Source of the DNA: a virus
Direction: 5' to 3' (one strand)
IMG/VR virus record: IMGVR_UViG_3300045988_103857
Length of the DNA stretch: 64,000 nucleotides
Shown piece after piece: positions 16,837 through 27,647 of the stretch (positions are counted from its first letter, which is position 1; each line of letters starts with the position of its first letter). The notes beneath the pieces are model-generated. The model was given only the letters and a program-made list of their open reading frames with translations. It made no database searches and was not told the DNA's origin. The position numbers and the translations under genes are program-made.

Positions 16837-19800
16837 ATGCCTGACAACACAATAGATAGCCTTGCGATAGAGGTCAGCAGTAACGTATCAAATGCAAGTA
16901 AATCCATTGATGATTTATGCAATAAACTGAATCGCCTGAGCAGTCGTATGTCTGAGAGCATCAAGTATCTCAGAGACTTTTCAGCTTCCGTCGGTACGGT
17001 CAACTCTGCTGTTCAAGCACTTAAATTGGACAGGCTTGATTTATCAACGATAAACAGTCAATTGCAACAGTTTACGCAGTCCATGAGTGCGCTCGGTAGC
17101 CTGAACTTGAGAAACAACGGATTAAACTCATTCGTAAATGCAATCCGCAGATTGAACGAAACATTAAATTCCACAGGTGATGTGTCTGGAAAGATTCAGA
17201 GCATGATTTCTGAGCTATCCACGCTTGGCAGTATTCCAGACGTATCAAACAACGTGAACCGGTTTATTTCTTCGTTGGCAAGATTGGCGAATGCAGGCAG
17301 CTCTATTGATGCAGTTACATCAAAACTTCCAAATCTTGGTGAAGAACTTAGAAAAATCATAGTTTCATTCTCTGGAATAGGTAATATTTCTCAGCCAATT
17401 AATACATTTGTTCAGTCAATATCTCAGTTGGCAAATGCAGGAGATAAAACCGGAAAGACAGCAACTCAGCTTAATGATCTGGCAAATAGCCTAAAATCAT
17501 TCTTCCAGACGATGAGTACCGCTCCTAGAATCAGTAGCAGTACAATTCAAATGACTCAGGCTGTTGCTCAGTTGGCAAATTCTGGGGCGAATGCCGGTAG
17601 AGCGGCAAGGTCTACTGCAAGTGCATTTTCAGGATTGGGACAGGGTGCGGCCACTTCGACAGGAAAGGTCAGAAAACTTGCAAACGCCGTTGGAAGTGTA
17701 GGAAGCAAGGCAAAGAAAAGTTTGCCTAGCATCATGTCTCTGGTGGCAAAATTCTGGACGTTGAAATTTGTTGTTGGAAAATTTGGAAGCGCAATTGAAA
17801 GTTCCATGAATTTTCTCGAAGATTACAACTACTTTCAAGCGGCGTTTCGTCAGGTAGCAGATAAAGCAGGAGAAACTTGGTCAGAGGCAGGCTATGATTC
17901 TGCGGAAGCTTATGCAAATTCATTTAGTAATAGAGCTAGAGAACTTACATCCAAAATGTCTGGGTTCAATGTTTCCGATAATGCGATTTTGACCGCAAAT
18001 AAATCAGGTAAATCACTCGGTATGGACCCGTCCATGCTCTTGAATTATCAAGGCCAGTTTGCACAGTTGTCGTCCTCCATGGGAACAACTTCTGAACAGG
18101 CATTAAAACTGTCGAATGCACTGACTATGATCGGTGCTGACCTTGCATCTGTTAAGAATCTTGATTTTAGCACAGTTTATGAGAACTTATCCTCTGGATT
18201 AGTAGGTATGAGCCGTGCTGTAGACAAATATGGTGCAAACATTCGTGTGGCAAACTTACAGCAATATGCGGCAAATCTTGGTATACAAACGTCTGTTTCT
18301 AATATGGACCAGGCAAGTAAGGCAATGCTGAGAACGATAGTAATACTGGATTCCACCCGGTACGCATGGGCGGATATGGCAAATACGATAAATATGCCAG
18401 CCAACCAGTTACGTATACTTCGTGCAAACTTAGTATCCTGTGCCAGAGCATTAGGTAACATCTTTATGCCTGTAGTTGCGGCAGTGCTTCCATACATCAA
18501 TGGTCTTGTGATCGCATTCCAGAGACTTTTGACATACATTGGTTCGCTTCTTGGAGTTGATACCAAAATCGGAAAAATGTTCGGTTCTATCGGTGGTGGA
18601 AGTGAAAATCTCTCGAATGCACTTGATTCCATAGACGATTCTGGAATTTCGGACGTAAATGATGCTACAAAAGATACAGACAATAATCTGAAAAATGCAA
18701 CCAAGAGCGCAAAAAAATTAAAACAGTTCCTCGCATCCTATGATGAACTTGAAATTATGAGCAAAGACGATAGTTCTCTGTCAGACCTTGCAAATTCTAA
18801 AATTAAAACGCCAAAAATTGACACATCTGCAATTGATGCAGGAATCCTCAACGATGCACTGGATAAACTTTTGAACGAATACCAGAAGAAATGGGATGCT
18901 GCCTACAACTCCATGGAAAACAAGGCTATGGCGTTCGCTAATAAGGTCACAGACACATTTAAGAAACTTGCAAAAGCCGCAGAACCTACCACAAAAGCAC
19001 TGAAAAATCTTTGGAACAATGGATTGAAGCAGCTCAGAGATTTCACATGGACAGCATTAAAAGATTTCTGGAATCATTTTTTAGTTCCGCTTGGCAAGTG
19101 GACGCTTGGGGAAAAAGGATTACCACGACTAATCAATGCTTTTAACGATTTTCTTGTGAAAATCAACTGGGACAAAATCAATGCTTCCCTTGTACAGTTA
19201 TGGGGTGTATTAGAGCCATTTGCTGAGAATGTCGGAACTGGCTTACTTGATTTCTTCGATGATTTCTTTGACAAGGCGGCAGATGGAGTTAATAAACTTC
19301 CTGATCTGATTGACAGGTTCAAAGAGTTTATCGCAGCATTCTCACCGAAGCAAGCACAGTCTATCGGATATTTCCTCGGACAGCTCCTGACAGCTTTTGT
19401 AGCATTTAAAGGGCTTACATGGTTTGGAAGTATTTTCGGTAAAGATGGAGCGATAGGCAAAGGAATCACCATGTTAGCAACGCATCCATATGCTTCGATA
19501 GCGGTAGGATTAGGCCTTACCGTTGCTGCACTTGATAAATTTGGAGTAATTGATGTTGATTGGGACGGGTTATGGACAAGAATCGGGAATCTCAAAGACG
19601 TAATTGTGAATTTCATCAAAAACATTGATTGGGATTCGTTAATAAAAACAATCGGCGATGTATGGGATGTATTCCAGCCATTTGCTGAAGGATTCGCAGA
19701 TGGATTTATCAGCTTTTTCGATATAATGCTGAACGATATTGGTGCCCCACTGATTAATACATTAGTAAGCGTCTTAGATGCTTTCGCAAAAGCCTTAGGA

Positions 19801-21813
19801 AAGCTTGACGATAAGCAGATAGAAGCTCTTGGCGAAGCTCTAGCACGGTTTTTTATTATAAGGGGAAGCATTAAGTTTGCCCGAAATATATACAATGTAG
19901 TCAGTTCTATCAGCGCACTCAGAACAATCTTCGGTGGGTTAGGAACGGTTCTTTCCACAGCCAGTGGTGCATTGCAGACATTCTTTGGCTCTGGACTTGG
20001 TTCTACGCTTGCGGCAGGATTCGCAGACAGCATGGTTGTCTTAGGAACTGCAATGGCAGGTTTCAACCTCGGAAAGTGGATAAGTGTTAATCTGTTCGGC
20101 GGCGAAGATAAAACTTTTGGAGAGTTTTTGGAAGATAATGTATTCGGATATCAAAAAGGAGATTTTACCGGTGCTATCAACGAATGGATGAAAGATATAT
20201 TCGGAGTCGGTAATAAACTTACAGAGGATGATTTAAAGGTATTTCAGGAATATGAAGATGCTATTCTAGGTTTGGTTCACGCAAGCCAGATTTCAGGCGA
20301 ACAAGCATATCCTTTATTAACATTCCTTTCCGAATTGAAAGATAACGGATATAGCACAGAACAGGCGTTGTTTGAACTTGAACTCAAACTCAATAATCTT
20401 GGAGTTTCATCAGAGGACTTCGAGAATGCGATAGCAGGAGTAAACAAACCAGTCAAAGACCTTGGAGATACAGCGGAAACATCCTCTAATCAGTTTTCAA
20501 ATATGGCTGATCGGATTAACAATGTGTCGTTTGAGGATATCTCAGAACAGCTTACAGGATTCCAGACGCTTATCCAGACCGTTGACTTTGCAACTCTGGT
20601 AACAGATACGGCAAACGCAATTGATGAGATGGGCGGCATCTGGGAAAATGGAAAACAGATTCTCGGAGAAAAAGCATTACAGATTTATCAGGAAATTTCA
20701 AAGGGATTAGAACCGGATGATAACGGCTACTATACTTTAGCAAACGGACAGATGGTGCAGTTTGGAAAAGGTATTTCTGATTATGAAAGCACTCTACAAA
20801 GTACAATGGATTCAACTTTACAGGGGGCAATCAACGGCGTTCTGGATAACAATTCTGGTTTTGAATTAGTCACAGAACTCGGAAAGAATCAGATTCTTGC
20901 CGTAGGTAGTGGGATTGAGCAAAACGGCAGTAAAGTCACTGAAAAGCTTAACTCAACAATTCAATCATCTGCGAAAGGTGCAGAAGAAACTGCGAAATCA
21001 AGCGGCAAAACCCTTGGAAGCAACATTGCAGAGGGATTACAGACTGGAATTAACGGGAAGAAAGAAAGCACAAAGACTTCGATTCTTGATCTAATGAATA
21101 ACAGCGTAAAAGCCCCTGCACAGGAAGCAGTAGACTCCCATTCTCCGTCCAGATGGTTCAAGCAGCTTGCAGAGTACTGCGGTCAAGGATTCCGAAACGG
21201 ATTAGAGCCGGGCTTTTCTGCGTCGTTCACATGGTTCGGAAGAATCCGAAGCAGAATCAGCAATTCCATTGGAAACCTGTATAATATCGGTTGGAACTCT
21301 ATTATTGGCTTAAATAATGGAATTGTAGGCGCGGCACAACAGCTTTATGCAAATGTGCAAAAAATCGCACAAAATATATCAAATACGTTCCGCAAAGTTC
21401 TTAAGATTCATAGCCCGTCGCAGGTAATGATGGAACTCGGTGGATTTACCGTTGAGGGATTCCAACTCGGTATGCAGAATATGCTTCCGAAAGTTGAATC
21501 CACCATCAATGATATAAGCGCCGAAGTGCAAAAAATTAATACACCAACCGCAGACATTATCACAAAGAGTGCATCCTATCAGGAAATAAAGAGCAGAATG
21601 TCAGTTGATACAGATGATTTTGTGGATGATATGCGAAAAGAAATCATGGCAATCAGCAGTAACACGTTTGACAATAATCAGATGATCGGGCAGGCGGTCA
21701 AAAACGCTCTGAACGGTATGGCAATATATGCAGACGGGCATCTGATTGGGTATCTGAAAGAAGAAAATCAGCAGTTCAGAAACCGTAATGGCTACGGACT
21801 GTTTGAAGGGTAG
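16837..21813 (+). CDS. tail tape measure protein
   Basis: 1658 aa with long helical repeats and internal hydrophobic segments, positioned after the chaperone pair. Confidence 0.9.
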   Translation: MPDNTIDSLAIEVSSNVSNASKSIDDLCNKLNRLSSRMSESIKYLRDFSASVGTVNSAVQALKLDRLDLSTINSQLQQFTQSMSALGSLNLRNNGLNSFVNAIRRLNETLNSTGDVSGKIQSMISELSTLGSIPDVSNNVNRFISSLARLANAGSSIDAVTSKLPNLGEELRKIIVSFSGIGNISQPINTFVQSISQLANAGDKTGKTATQLNDLANSLKSFFQTMSTAPRISSSTIQMTQAVAQLANSGANAGRAARSTASAFSGLGQGAATSTGKVRKLANAVGSVGSKAKKSLPSIMSLVAKFWTLKFVVGKFGSAIESSMNFLEDYNYFQAAFRQVADKAGETWSEAGYDSAEAYANSFSNRARELTSKMSGFNVSDNAILTANKSGKSLGMDPSMLLNYQGQFAQLSSSMGTTSEQALKLSNALTMIGADLASVKNLDFSTVYENLSSGLVGMSRAVDKYGANIRVANLQQYAANLGIQTSVSNMDQASKAMLRTIVILDSTRYAWADMANTINMPANQLRILRANLVSCARALGNIFMPVVAAVLPYINGLVIAFQRLLTYIGSLLGVDTKIGKMFGSIGGGSENLSNALDSIDDSGISDVNDATKDTDNNLKNATKSAKKLKQFLASYDELEIMSKDDSSLSDLANSKIKTPKIDTSAIDAGILNDALDKLLNEYQKKWDAAYNSMENKAMAFANKVTDTFKKLAKAAEPTTKALKNLWNNGLKQLRDFTWTALKDFWNHFLVPLGKWTLGEKGLPRLINAFNDFLVKINWDKINASLVQLWGVLEPFAENVGTGLLDFFDDFFDKAADGVNKLPDLIDRFKEFIAAFSPKQAQSIGYFLGQLLTAFVAFKGLTWFGSIFGKDGAIGKGITMLATHPYASIAVGLGLTVAALDKFGVIDVDWDGLWTRIGNLKDVIVNFIKNIDWDSLIKTIGDVWDVFQPFAEGFADGFISFFDIMLNDIGAPLINTLVSVLDAFAKALGKLDDKQIEALGEALARFFIIRGSIKFARNIYNVVSSISALRTIFGGLGTVLSTASGALQTFFGSGLGSTLAAGFADSMVVLGTAMAGFNLGKWISVNLFGGEDKTFGEFLEDNVFGYQKGDFTGAINEWMKDIFGVGNKLTEDDLKVFQEYEDAILGLVHASQISGEQAYPLLTFLSELKDNGYSTEQALFELELKLNNLGVSSEDFENAIAGVNKPVKDLGDTAETSSNQFSNMADRINNVSFEDISEQLTGFQTLIQTVDFATLVTDTANAIDEMGGIWENGKQILGEKALQIYQEISKGLEPDDNGYYTLANGQMVQFGKGISDYESTLQSTMDSTLQGAINGVLDNNSGFELVTELGKNQILAVGSGIEQNGSKVTEKLNSTIQSSAKGAEETAKSSGKTLGSNIAEGLQTGINGKKESTKTSILDLMNNSVKAPAQEAVDSHSPSRWFKQLAEYCGQGFRNGLEPGFSASFTWFGRIRSRISNSIGNLYNIGWNSIIGLNNGIVGAAQQLYANVQKIAQNISNTFRKVLKIHSPSQVMMELGGFTVEGFQLGMQNMLPKVESTINDISAEVQKINTPTADIITKSASYQEIKSRMSVDTDDFVDDMRKEIMAISSNTFDNNQMIGQAVKNALNGMAIYADGHLIGYLKEENQQFRNRNGYGLFEG

Positions 21814-21821
21814 GTGATAGA

Positions 21822-22247
21822 ATGAGTGACTTTATTGCAGGAAGTAGTTTCCAAGGTTATTTTTTAAAGTTCGGGGGAAGCGTTCTCCCGAACAAATTCT
21901 TAGCCTACGATGATTATTCTGCAACTCCAAACCAGAGAACAGAGATAGAAGCATACAGGGACTTGAATAATCTCTTGCATAGGGACACAAGCCCGAATTT
22001 CAAGACAAAAATAGACTTCAACACGCGCCCTATGTGGTTGCCAGATAAAATTAAAATGCAGTCTGTTTTCAAATCAGGCTTAGTCAACAAGGCGCAGCGG
22101 AAATACAAAGTTACATACTGGGACGATGAAGAAAACACCTATAAAACAGGTGTTTTTTATATGCCTGATATTGAGTATAAACCTATCAGAGTTGTAGGAA
22201 ATAACATTTTGTATAACAAAATCAGAATCGCACTGATTGAATACTAA
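21822..22247 (+). CDS. putative distal tail protein
   Basis: Called from its position directly after the tape measure. At 141 aa it is short for a Dit. Confidence 0.35.
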   Translation: MSDFIAGSSFQGYFLKFGGSVLPNKFLAYDDYSATPNQRTEIEAYRDLNNLLHRDTSPNFKTKIDFNTRPMWLPDKIKMQSVFKSGLVNKAQRKYKVTYWDDEENTYKTGVFYMPDIEYKPIRVVGNNILYNKIRIALIEY

Positions 22248-22310
22248 CAACCAGAGTGCATGGGTGTCACAGCTCATGTGCTCTTTTATTTTATAGACGG
22301 GAGGAAAACT

Positions 22311-25300
22311 ATGGCTACACCTGTAAGCATTGTGGCAAAAAGTTACTCTAATACATGCTATTTTGTTGGAGATACAAGCAATGTAAGAGTAAAAAGTATA
22401 AAAGTAACTTATGATGATGAAACAGTAGAAACAATAACAGATGGCTATACGGTATCTCAAATAGACACATCTGAAGCGGGAGAAAAAAAAGCAAAGGTCG
22501 AATATTTGGGATTAACCGCAGAAATTTCCGTTATAGTATTGGATTCATATAATGTTCAGGCAGGTACTCCAAATTTAGAAGATGTAACAATTACACTTAA
22601 TCTTGACACAGGGATTATGAATATATCGGGCATAGGAGAATTTTTAAGTTTATATAATATTGATAATACCCCAAATTCAATAAGTTCTCGTATAAAATCA
22701 TTAAATATCGGATACGGCATTACTAAAATCCCGAGCGGATGCTTTAGCGGAAATGAAAATCTCGAAGAAATTTTATTTCCAGACACTTTAGTTGAAATTG
22801 AAGGAGGAAATTTTTATAATTCTCCTAAAATAAACAAACTTACATTTCCAGAATCTCTAAAGAGAATAAATGGTGGATGTTTTGGATCACTTCCCAGTTT
22901 GGAAACAATAATATTTAACGAGGGACTTGAAACGATAGATGGCGGATCGTTTATTGGGTGCCCATTGATTACGGATTTAATTCTTCCGTCTACATTAAAA
23001 AATATGCCATATAGTTTTCAAGGAAATACTCTTGAAAATTTGGTAATAGGTGGAGAAGGCGCGCCTTTTCTGCATAGTGGTGAGAATGGAATAATTGGCA
23101 TTTCTGCAAAAAATATGACCATTCGCGGAGGCACAATAGGCATTAGCGCATTTTATGGAAAAACAGACATAGAGACTGTTACTTTAAATGGAGGGGTAAA
23201 GTTTGATAGCACTGGTCAATTTCAAGGATGTTCTAATTTATCAAATATAACTATAGACAATGGAGTCGCAAATATTCCGGCAAATTGTTTTTCTAATTGC
23301 GCTATTGAAAACGTTATTCTTCCTGACAGTGTTTTAGAATTAGGGCAAAATTCTTTTTCTGGATGCACATCTTTAAAGAATATAACATTATCTAAAAATA
23401 TAAAAAAGATTCCAAATAGTTGTTTTAGCGGTTGCGGATTTGAGACTTTTACAATTTCTGATGATTTGGAAATTGAAGAACTTGAAAATGTTGTATTTCA
23501 GGGATGCTCCAATTTAAAAATGGTGTATATCGGGAAGAATGTAAAAACAATCGGACCGGGTTGCTTTGCTTCTATTGGCTCCCCTTCGACTATAATTCAA
23601 ATTAATCAGAAAAAAGATGCTATTTCTGGTTCTCCATGGGCGGCTTCAAATGCGACGGTGGAATGGATAGCCAAGGAAGTTGTTAAAATAGAATTGACAT
23701 CATTACCAGATAAATTGAAATACAAAGATGGAGAATCTTTTGATAGCTCTGGCTTAATTGTGACAGTAACTTATGATGACGGAACAGTGCAGGAAACGAC
23801 AAATTATACGCTTTCTTTGCCGGATATGTCAACTGCCGGAACTAAGACTGTTACTGTAACATGTGGTAGTCAGACAGCTACATTTGATATAACGGTTATT
23901 TCTATATCTAAAATCGAAGTCACCACACCGCCAACCAAACTAGAATATCACAAAGGTGATGCCTTAGACACAACCGGAATGGTAATTTCTGCAGTCTGGA
24001 CAGACGGCTCAAAAGAGGTTCTGACAGATGGATATACGGTGTCAGACTTAGACAGCACTGAAACAGGCGAAAAAACTATCACGATCACATATCAGACATT
24101 CACAGCAACATTCACTGTAGAAGTCGTGGCAGATACTACCGGAATCCGAATCACAAGTTTTCCGTCCAAGGTCTACTATAAAATCGGAGAAGCATTCGAC
24201 CCGTCTGGGCTGACTGTCGCAGAAGTAAGACAGGATGGAACCGAGAAAGAAATCACAGATTATGATATTTCTGGCTTCGATAGTTCCACCGCAGGTTCCA
24301 AGACTATCACGGTTTCTTATAATACAACAACCAACGGTGTTTCCAAATTTGTCGGTTCTGATAGCTTTCAAATTAAAGTCACAAACGATGGAAAAAACCC
24401 ATTTGACGACAGTTCAAGTGGTGACTCTGGCGGTGGTTCTGGTGAAATCGAAGAAGAAAAAACCGAGCCAATAAATGTAACAGTACACTGGATTAACGGT
24501 GAATTTGCTGACCTTACAAATGAAAATATCGACCAGAATACACTTACTTTGCAGGAGTCTATTTGTTCTGAAAGCTATTTCATTTTCGGCGGTTGCGTCT
24601 GCAATCAGATAACATTTCAGGCTCATCACGATCAGTTCAATGGTACTTCGGAAGAATTTTATCCCTCTGGAAAAATCGAAGTCTACATTGAGCGAAAAAA
24701 AACAAAAATCAAAATTTTCACAGGTGAAATCGACAGTGCAGAGCGGAAAGCAAATTCCCTGACGCGTAATTTTATTGCATATGATTATCTGTATAAATTA
24801 CGAAATACTGACATTGCAAGGTGGTATAAGAACCAGACGACTGATAAGAAGAAAAAGCTGACCCAAAAGCAATTCAGAGATAAATTATTTGAGTTTTTAG
24901 GGCTTGAACAAGTCAGTACAAAGTTACATTGGGACGACACCTATGTCCCTGATACAAATAACTCAAATGAAATGAACGTAGTAAATATTCTGAAAGATTT
25001 ATGCTTGCAGAATGACCGTTTTGGATGGATGAACAGGGATGGCAAGTTTGAGTATCTGAAACTTCGCCAGAACAGTTACAGATACGGGCAGACCACCGGT
25101 AATCAGAACATTTATAAATACTACAACAACGAAGAAATTCACCTCGATACATTTAAAAGTTTTACCGCAAAAGAGGGCAGAATCTGGTTCCCAAATATTA
25201 TATTTTGTGACCCTGACCCGAATAGAGCCTTTGGCTTTACACAAGGCGACTATACAGCGCAAGAAGCGTATGATAACAACGTTTATTACAATAGAAATAG

Positions 25301-25946
25301 CTTCTTTGTAGGAAATGAAGACTGGCTGAATTACGTTTGGAACGCTGACGAATATGGCGGTATTTCAAGGTCTGAACCAATTATGAAGATTTGCTATGGC
25401 GTATTCGTAAATCAAGATTTGCGGAAATATTATCGTGCGCAGGGATATACCGCCGAGGTTCAGGGAAACCCACTGAACATGGTTGGACAGGCAGTCGAAC
25501 TCTACTATAAAAAGCAGATTCAGCACGACAATCAGGAGCCTACAGAACTGCAATGGTACGTTCATTCATACATCATGAGCAGGACACTCAAAATCGGCGC
25601 TACAGACATGATTGACACCTATTCTGCCAATAATGCACCGTTCAACAGCAATAGCCGACAACTTGGAAAAGACACGCCTGAGATATCCGCAACCGTCAAC
25701 CGCACCCGATCAGAAATGCCGACAATCAGCTATGCGGAATTTACGGACGGTTCGGATTCTGAATTTTCACCGGCAATGATTTACGATTTTACGGATGGTT
25801 CTGGCGGTTCTGGAAGCGCTTCTGAGCAATTAAAAAAGGCACAATTAAGGTGTGTAAAGCGAATAAAAAAAGCTGATTACGACGCTCTTGTAGCCGCAGG
25901 AACTGACCGAGCAGATACATTGTATTTCACATTTGAGGAGAAATGA
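22311..25946 (+). CDS. tail-associated protein: Ig-like domain, BspA-type LRR domain, three further Ig-like (Big_3-like) repeats, and a C-terminal tail-hub/Tal-like domain
   Basis: GGGAGG RBS at 22311. LRR_5-like repeats (CFSGCxxLxxIxxP), four ~70-aa Ig-like repeats (YTVS..D.S..G.KT.TV) and a C-terminal 480 aa resembling prophage tail proteins. Confidence 0.6.
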   Translation: MATPVSIVAKSYSNTCYFVGDTSNVRVKSIKVTYDDETVETITDGYTVSQIDTSEAGEKKAKVEYLGLTAEISVIVLDSYNVQAGTPNLEDVTITLNLDTGIMNISGIGEFLSLYNIDNTPNSISSRIKSLNIGYGITKIPSGCFSGNENLEEILFPDTLVEIEGGNFYNSPKINKLTFPESLKRINGGCFGSLPSLETIIFNEGLETIDGGSFIGCPLITDLILPSTLKNMPYSFQGNTLENLVIGGEGAPFLHSGENGIIGISAKNMTIRGGTIGISAFYGKTDIETVTLNGGVKFDSTGQFQGCSNLSNITIDNGVANIPANCFSNCAIENVILPDSVLELGQNSFSGCTSLKNITLSKNIKKIPNSCFSGCGFETFTISDDLEIEELENVVFQGCSNLKMVYIGKNVKTIGPGCFASIGSPSTIIQINQKKDAISGSPWAASNATVEWIAKEVVKIELTSLPDKLKYKDGESFDSSGLIVTVTYDDGTVQETTNYTLSLPDMSTAGTKTVTVTCGSQTATFDITVISISKIEVTTPPTKLEYHKGDALDTTGMVISAVWTDGSKEVLTDGYTVSDLDSTETGEKTITITYQTFTATFTVEVVADTTGIRITSFPSKVYYKIGEAFDPSGLTVAEVRQDGTEKEITDYDISGFDSSTAGSKTITVSYNTTTNGVSKFVGSDSFQIKVTNDGKNPFDDSSSGDSGGGSGEIEEEKTEPINVTVHWINGEFADLTNENIDQNTLTLQESICSESYFIFGGCVCNQITFQAHHDQFNGTSEEFYPSGKIEVYIERKKTKIKIFTGEIDSAERKANSLTRNFIAYDYLYKLRNTDIARWYKNQTTDKKKKLTQKQFRDKLFEFLGLEQVSTKLHWDDTYVPDTNNSNEMNVVNILKDLCLQNDRFGWMNRDGKFEYLKLRQNSYRYGQTTGNQNIYKYYNNEEIHLDTFKSFTAKEGRIWFPNIIFCDPDPNRAFGFTQGDYTAQEAYDNNVYYNRNSFFVGNEDWLNYVWNADEYGGISRSEPIMKICYGVFVNQDLRKYYRAQGYTAEVQGNPLNMVGQAVELYYKKQIQHDNQEPTELQWYVHSYIMSRTLKIGATDMIDTYSANNAPFNSNSRQLGKDTPEISATVNRTRSEMPTISYAEFTDGSDSEFSPAMIYDFTDGSGGSGSASEQLKKAQLRCVKRIKKADYDALVAAGTDRADTLYFTFEEK

Positions 25947-25950
25947 TAGG

Positions 25951-26934
25951 ATGATATATAAGGCATTTTTGAACAGACAGGAAATCACTGGGTTTCCTGT
26001 CAAAGGCAAGGAAACGAGTGAGATATGGGGTGGCGATACATTGTTGTGGAAGAAATCGGGAGCTCAGGATTATTTCAAATTTGAATATGAGGGCACGATT
26101 ATTTTTGGAATTAAAGGGACAAACATTTCTATTGATTGGGGCGACGGCAAGAAAGAAACATTTTCCAATGAATATGAAAATGCCAAATTAAGCAACAAAG
26201 ATAATTACATTACCCATATTCCTATAAGTGACGGTAGACATATAACAGAGATATACGGAACAAACTTAGAGGTTCAGTTTGGATATAACTGGATTAGCAC
26301 TACCTTTGGAGCATTAGCACTTACAAAAGTTTTGTCCCCACTTCCTAGAAGCTCAAGTAAACTCTTAGCGTATAAGTTTTATGAATGCGAAAATCTCGAA
26401 AGCGTTCCAGAAGATTTATTTAAAAATTGTGGAGACGCGACAGGCGCTCTTCAAACTTTTATGGATACGCCTAAGTTGAAAACCATATCTGAAAAATTGT
26501 TTGATTATACTCCTAAATTACAAACTGCAACATGGACTTTTAGAGAATCAGGAATAGAAATAATTCCGGGAAAACTTTTTTCAAAGTGTGAAGAACTGAA
26601 TGGCGCGACATCTTGTTTTGAAGATTGTACTGGCTTAAAAACAGCAGGCGACGGTTTTTTGTCAAAGCAGAAAATGATTGTTATGCACGGAATTTTCACA
26701 GGATGTTCAAGCCTAACTAAAGTGGGAGAAGATTTCTTCAAGAATGCCGATCCCCTTTCAAGTGAAAATGCATGGGGATTTAACAGTGTTTTTTCTGGAT
26801 GCACTGAGCTGACTCAGGCTCCTAATTTCTATGCAAAATTTCCTACATTAACTAACACACAAAGGACTGGTCGATGCTATTACAAATGCGAAAAATTGCC
26901 GTTTTATTCATCTCTTCCTGATAGATGGAAATAA
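25951..26934 (+). CDS. LRR (BspA-like) tail accessory / receptor-binding candidate
   Basis: GAGGAG RBS. The C-terminal half has repeated F..C..L units (FYECENLESVPEDLFKNC..., FSKCEELNGATSCFEDCTGL..., FTGCSSLTKVGEDFF). Confidence 0.5.
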   Translation: MIYKAFLNRQEITGFPVKGKETSEIWGGDTLLWKKSGAQDYFKFEYEGTIIFGIKGTNISIDWGDGKKETFSNEYENAKLSNKDNYITHIPISDGRHITEIYGTNLEVQFGYNWISTTFGALALTKVLSPLPRSSSKLLAYKFYECENLESVPEDLFKNCGDATGALQTFMDTPKLKTISEKLFDYTPKLQTATWTFRESGIEIIPGKLFSKCEELNGATSCFEDCTGLKTAGDGFLSKQKMIVMHGIFTGCSSLTKVGEDFFKNADPLSSENAWGFNSVFSGCTELTQAPNFYAKFPTLTNTQRTGRCYYKCEKLPFYSSLPDRWK

Positions 26935-27012
26935 CTAAAATCATTGAGTTTTCACCCCAAATATGCTGTAATAAACCCATAAAAATTCGCATCTGATTCT
27001 TAAAAGAATTCG

Positions 27013-27065
27013 GAGTCGAGCGGAACGAGTCAATCTGAAATGGACTCAATCCCTCGGCTCTTTTT
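27013..27065 (+). terminator. terminator of the tail operon
   Basis: Long imperfect stem GAGTCGAGCGG.../CCCTCGGCTC followed by TTTTT. Confidence 0.5.
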
Positions 27066-27341
27066 GCTTATTTAGATATTAATTTCAGCAAATAAGAAGC
27101 TTAAAATTGCAAATAAGAGCATGATTTTTCGAAAATATGAAATAAGCCCTTATTCGCCAAAATAATCTCAAAATCTCAGTCCCGAACGTACTAAAATGTA
27201 ACTATATTAAAAATAAAAAATGAATAATTTGTAAACGTAAATTTTACTTGTTTTCAGAATAAATCAATCATCTGAGAAAATAATAAAATCCAGAAATAAA
27301 TATTCTGTCAAAGAGCAATTTTCGTTTACATAATATCTCAA

Positions 27342-27468
27342 TGTAACGTTACAATAACGTTACCAGTAACGCAATGTAACGCGATAGAATAAGAATAAGA
27401 AATAGAATAAGAATATAATTAATATATATACGAGATATATATTAATCGTCGAATAAGCACTATTCGAC
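27342..27468. repeat. cluster of palindromes and AT-rich short repeats in the tail-lysin intergenic island
   Basis: TGTAACGTTACA (27342..27353) with further GTAACG copies, AATAAGA tandem units, an 11-bp inverted repeat TTAATATATAT/ATATATATTAA (27419..27445), and GTCGAATA-AGCAC-TATTCGAC (27448..27468). Confidence 0.8.
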
Positions 27469-27647
27469 CCTGACATTCTTAACTCGTTTCAGCCCAAGGC
27501 AAACCATTTTTATTAGCAACCTTGTATTTGACTCATATAGCGATTTTATGTGCGATTCGATAAAATCCTAGAATAACATATAAAAATTGATTTTAGTGGC
27601 AAATACGGAGCTTACAAGGCATATTTAACAGAAAGGAGCAACGCGAT

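Noticed and set aside
19074-20066. A 330-aa minus-strand ORF inside the tape measure gene, together with other antisense ORFs at 17568..17923, 18177..18704 and 20570..21161.
   Set aside because: They lie entirely antisense to a 1658-aa ORF with clear tape-measure character. They have no RBS and show the low-complexity composition typical of shadow frames.
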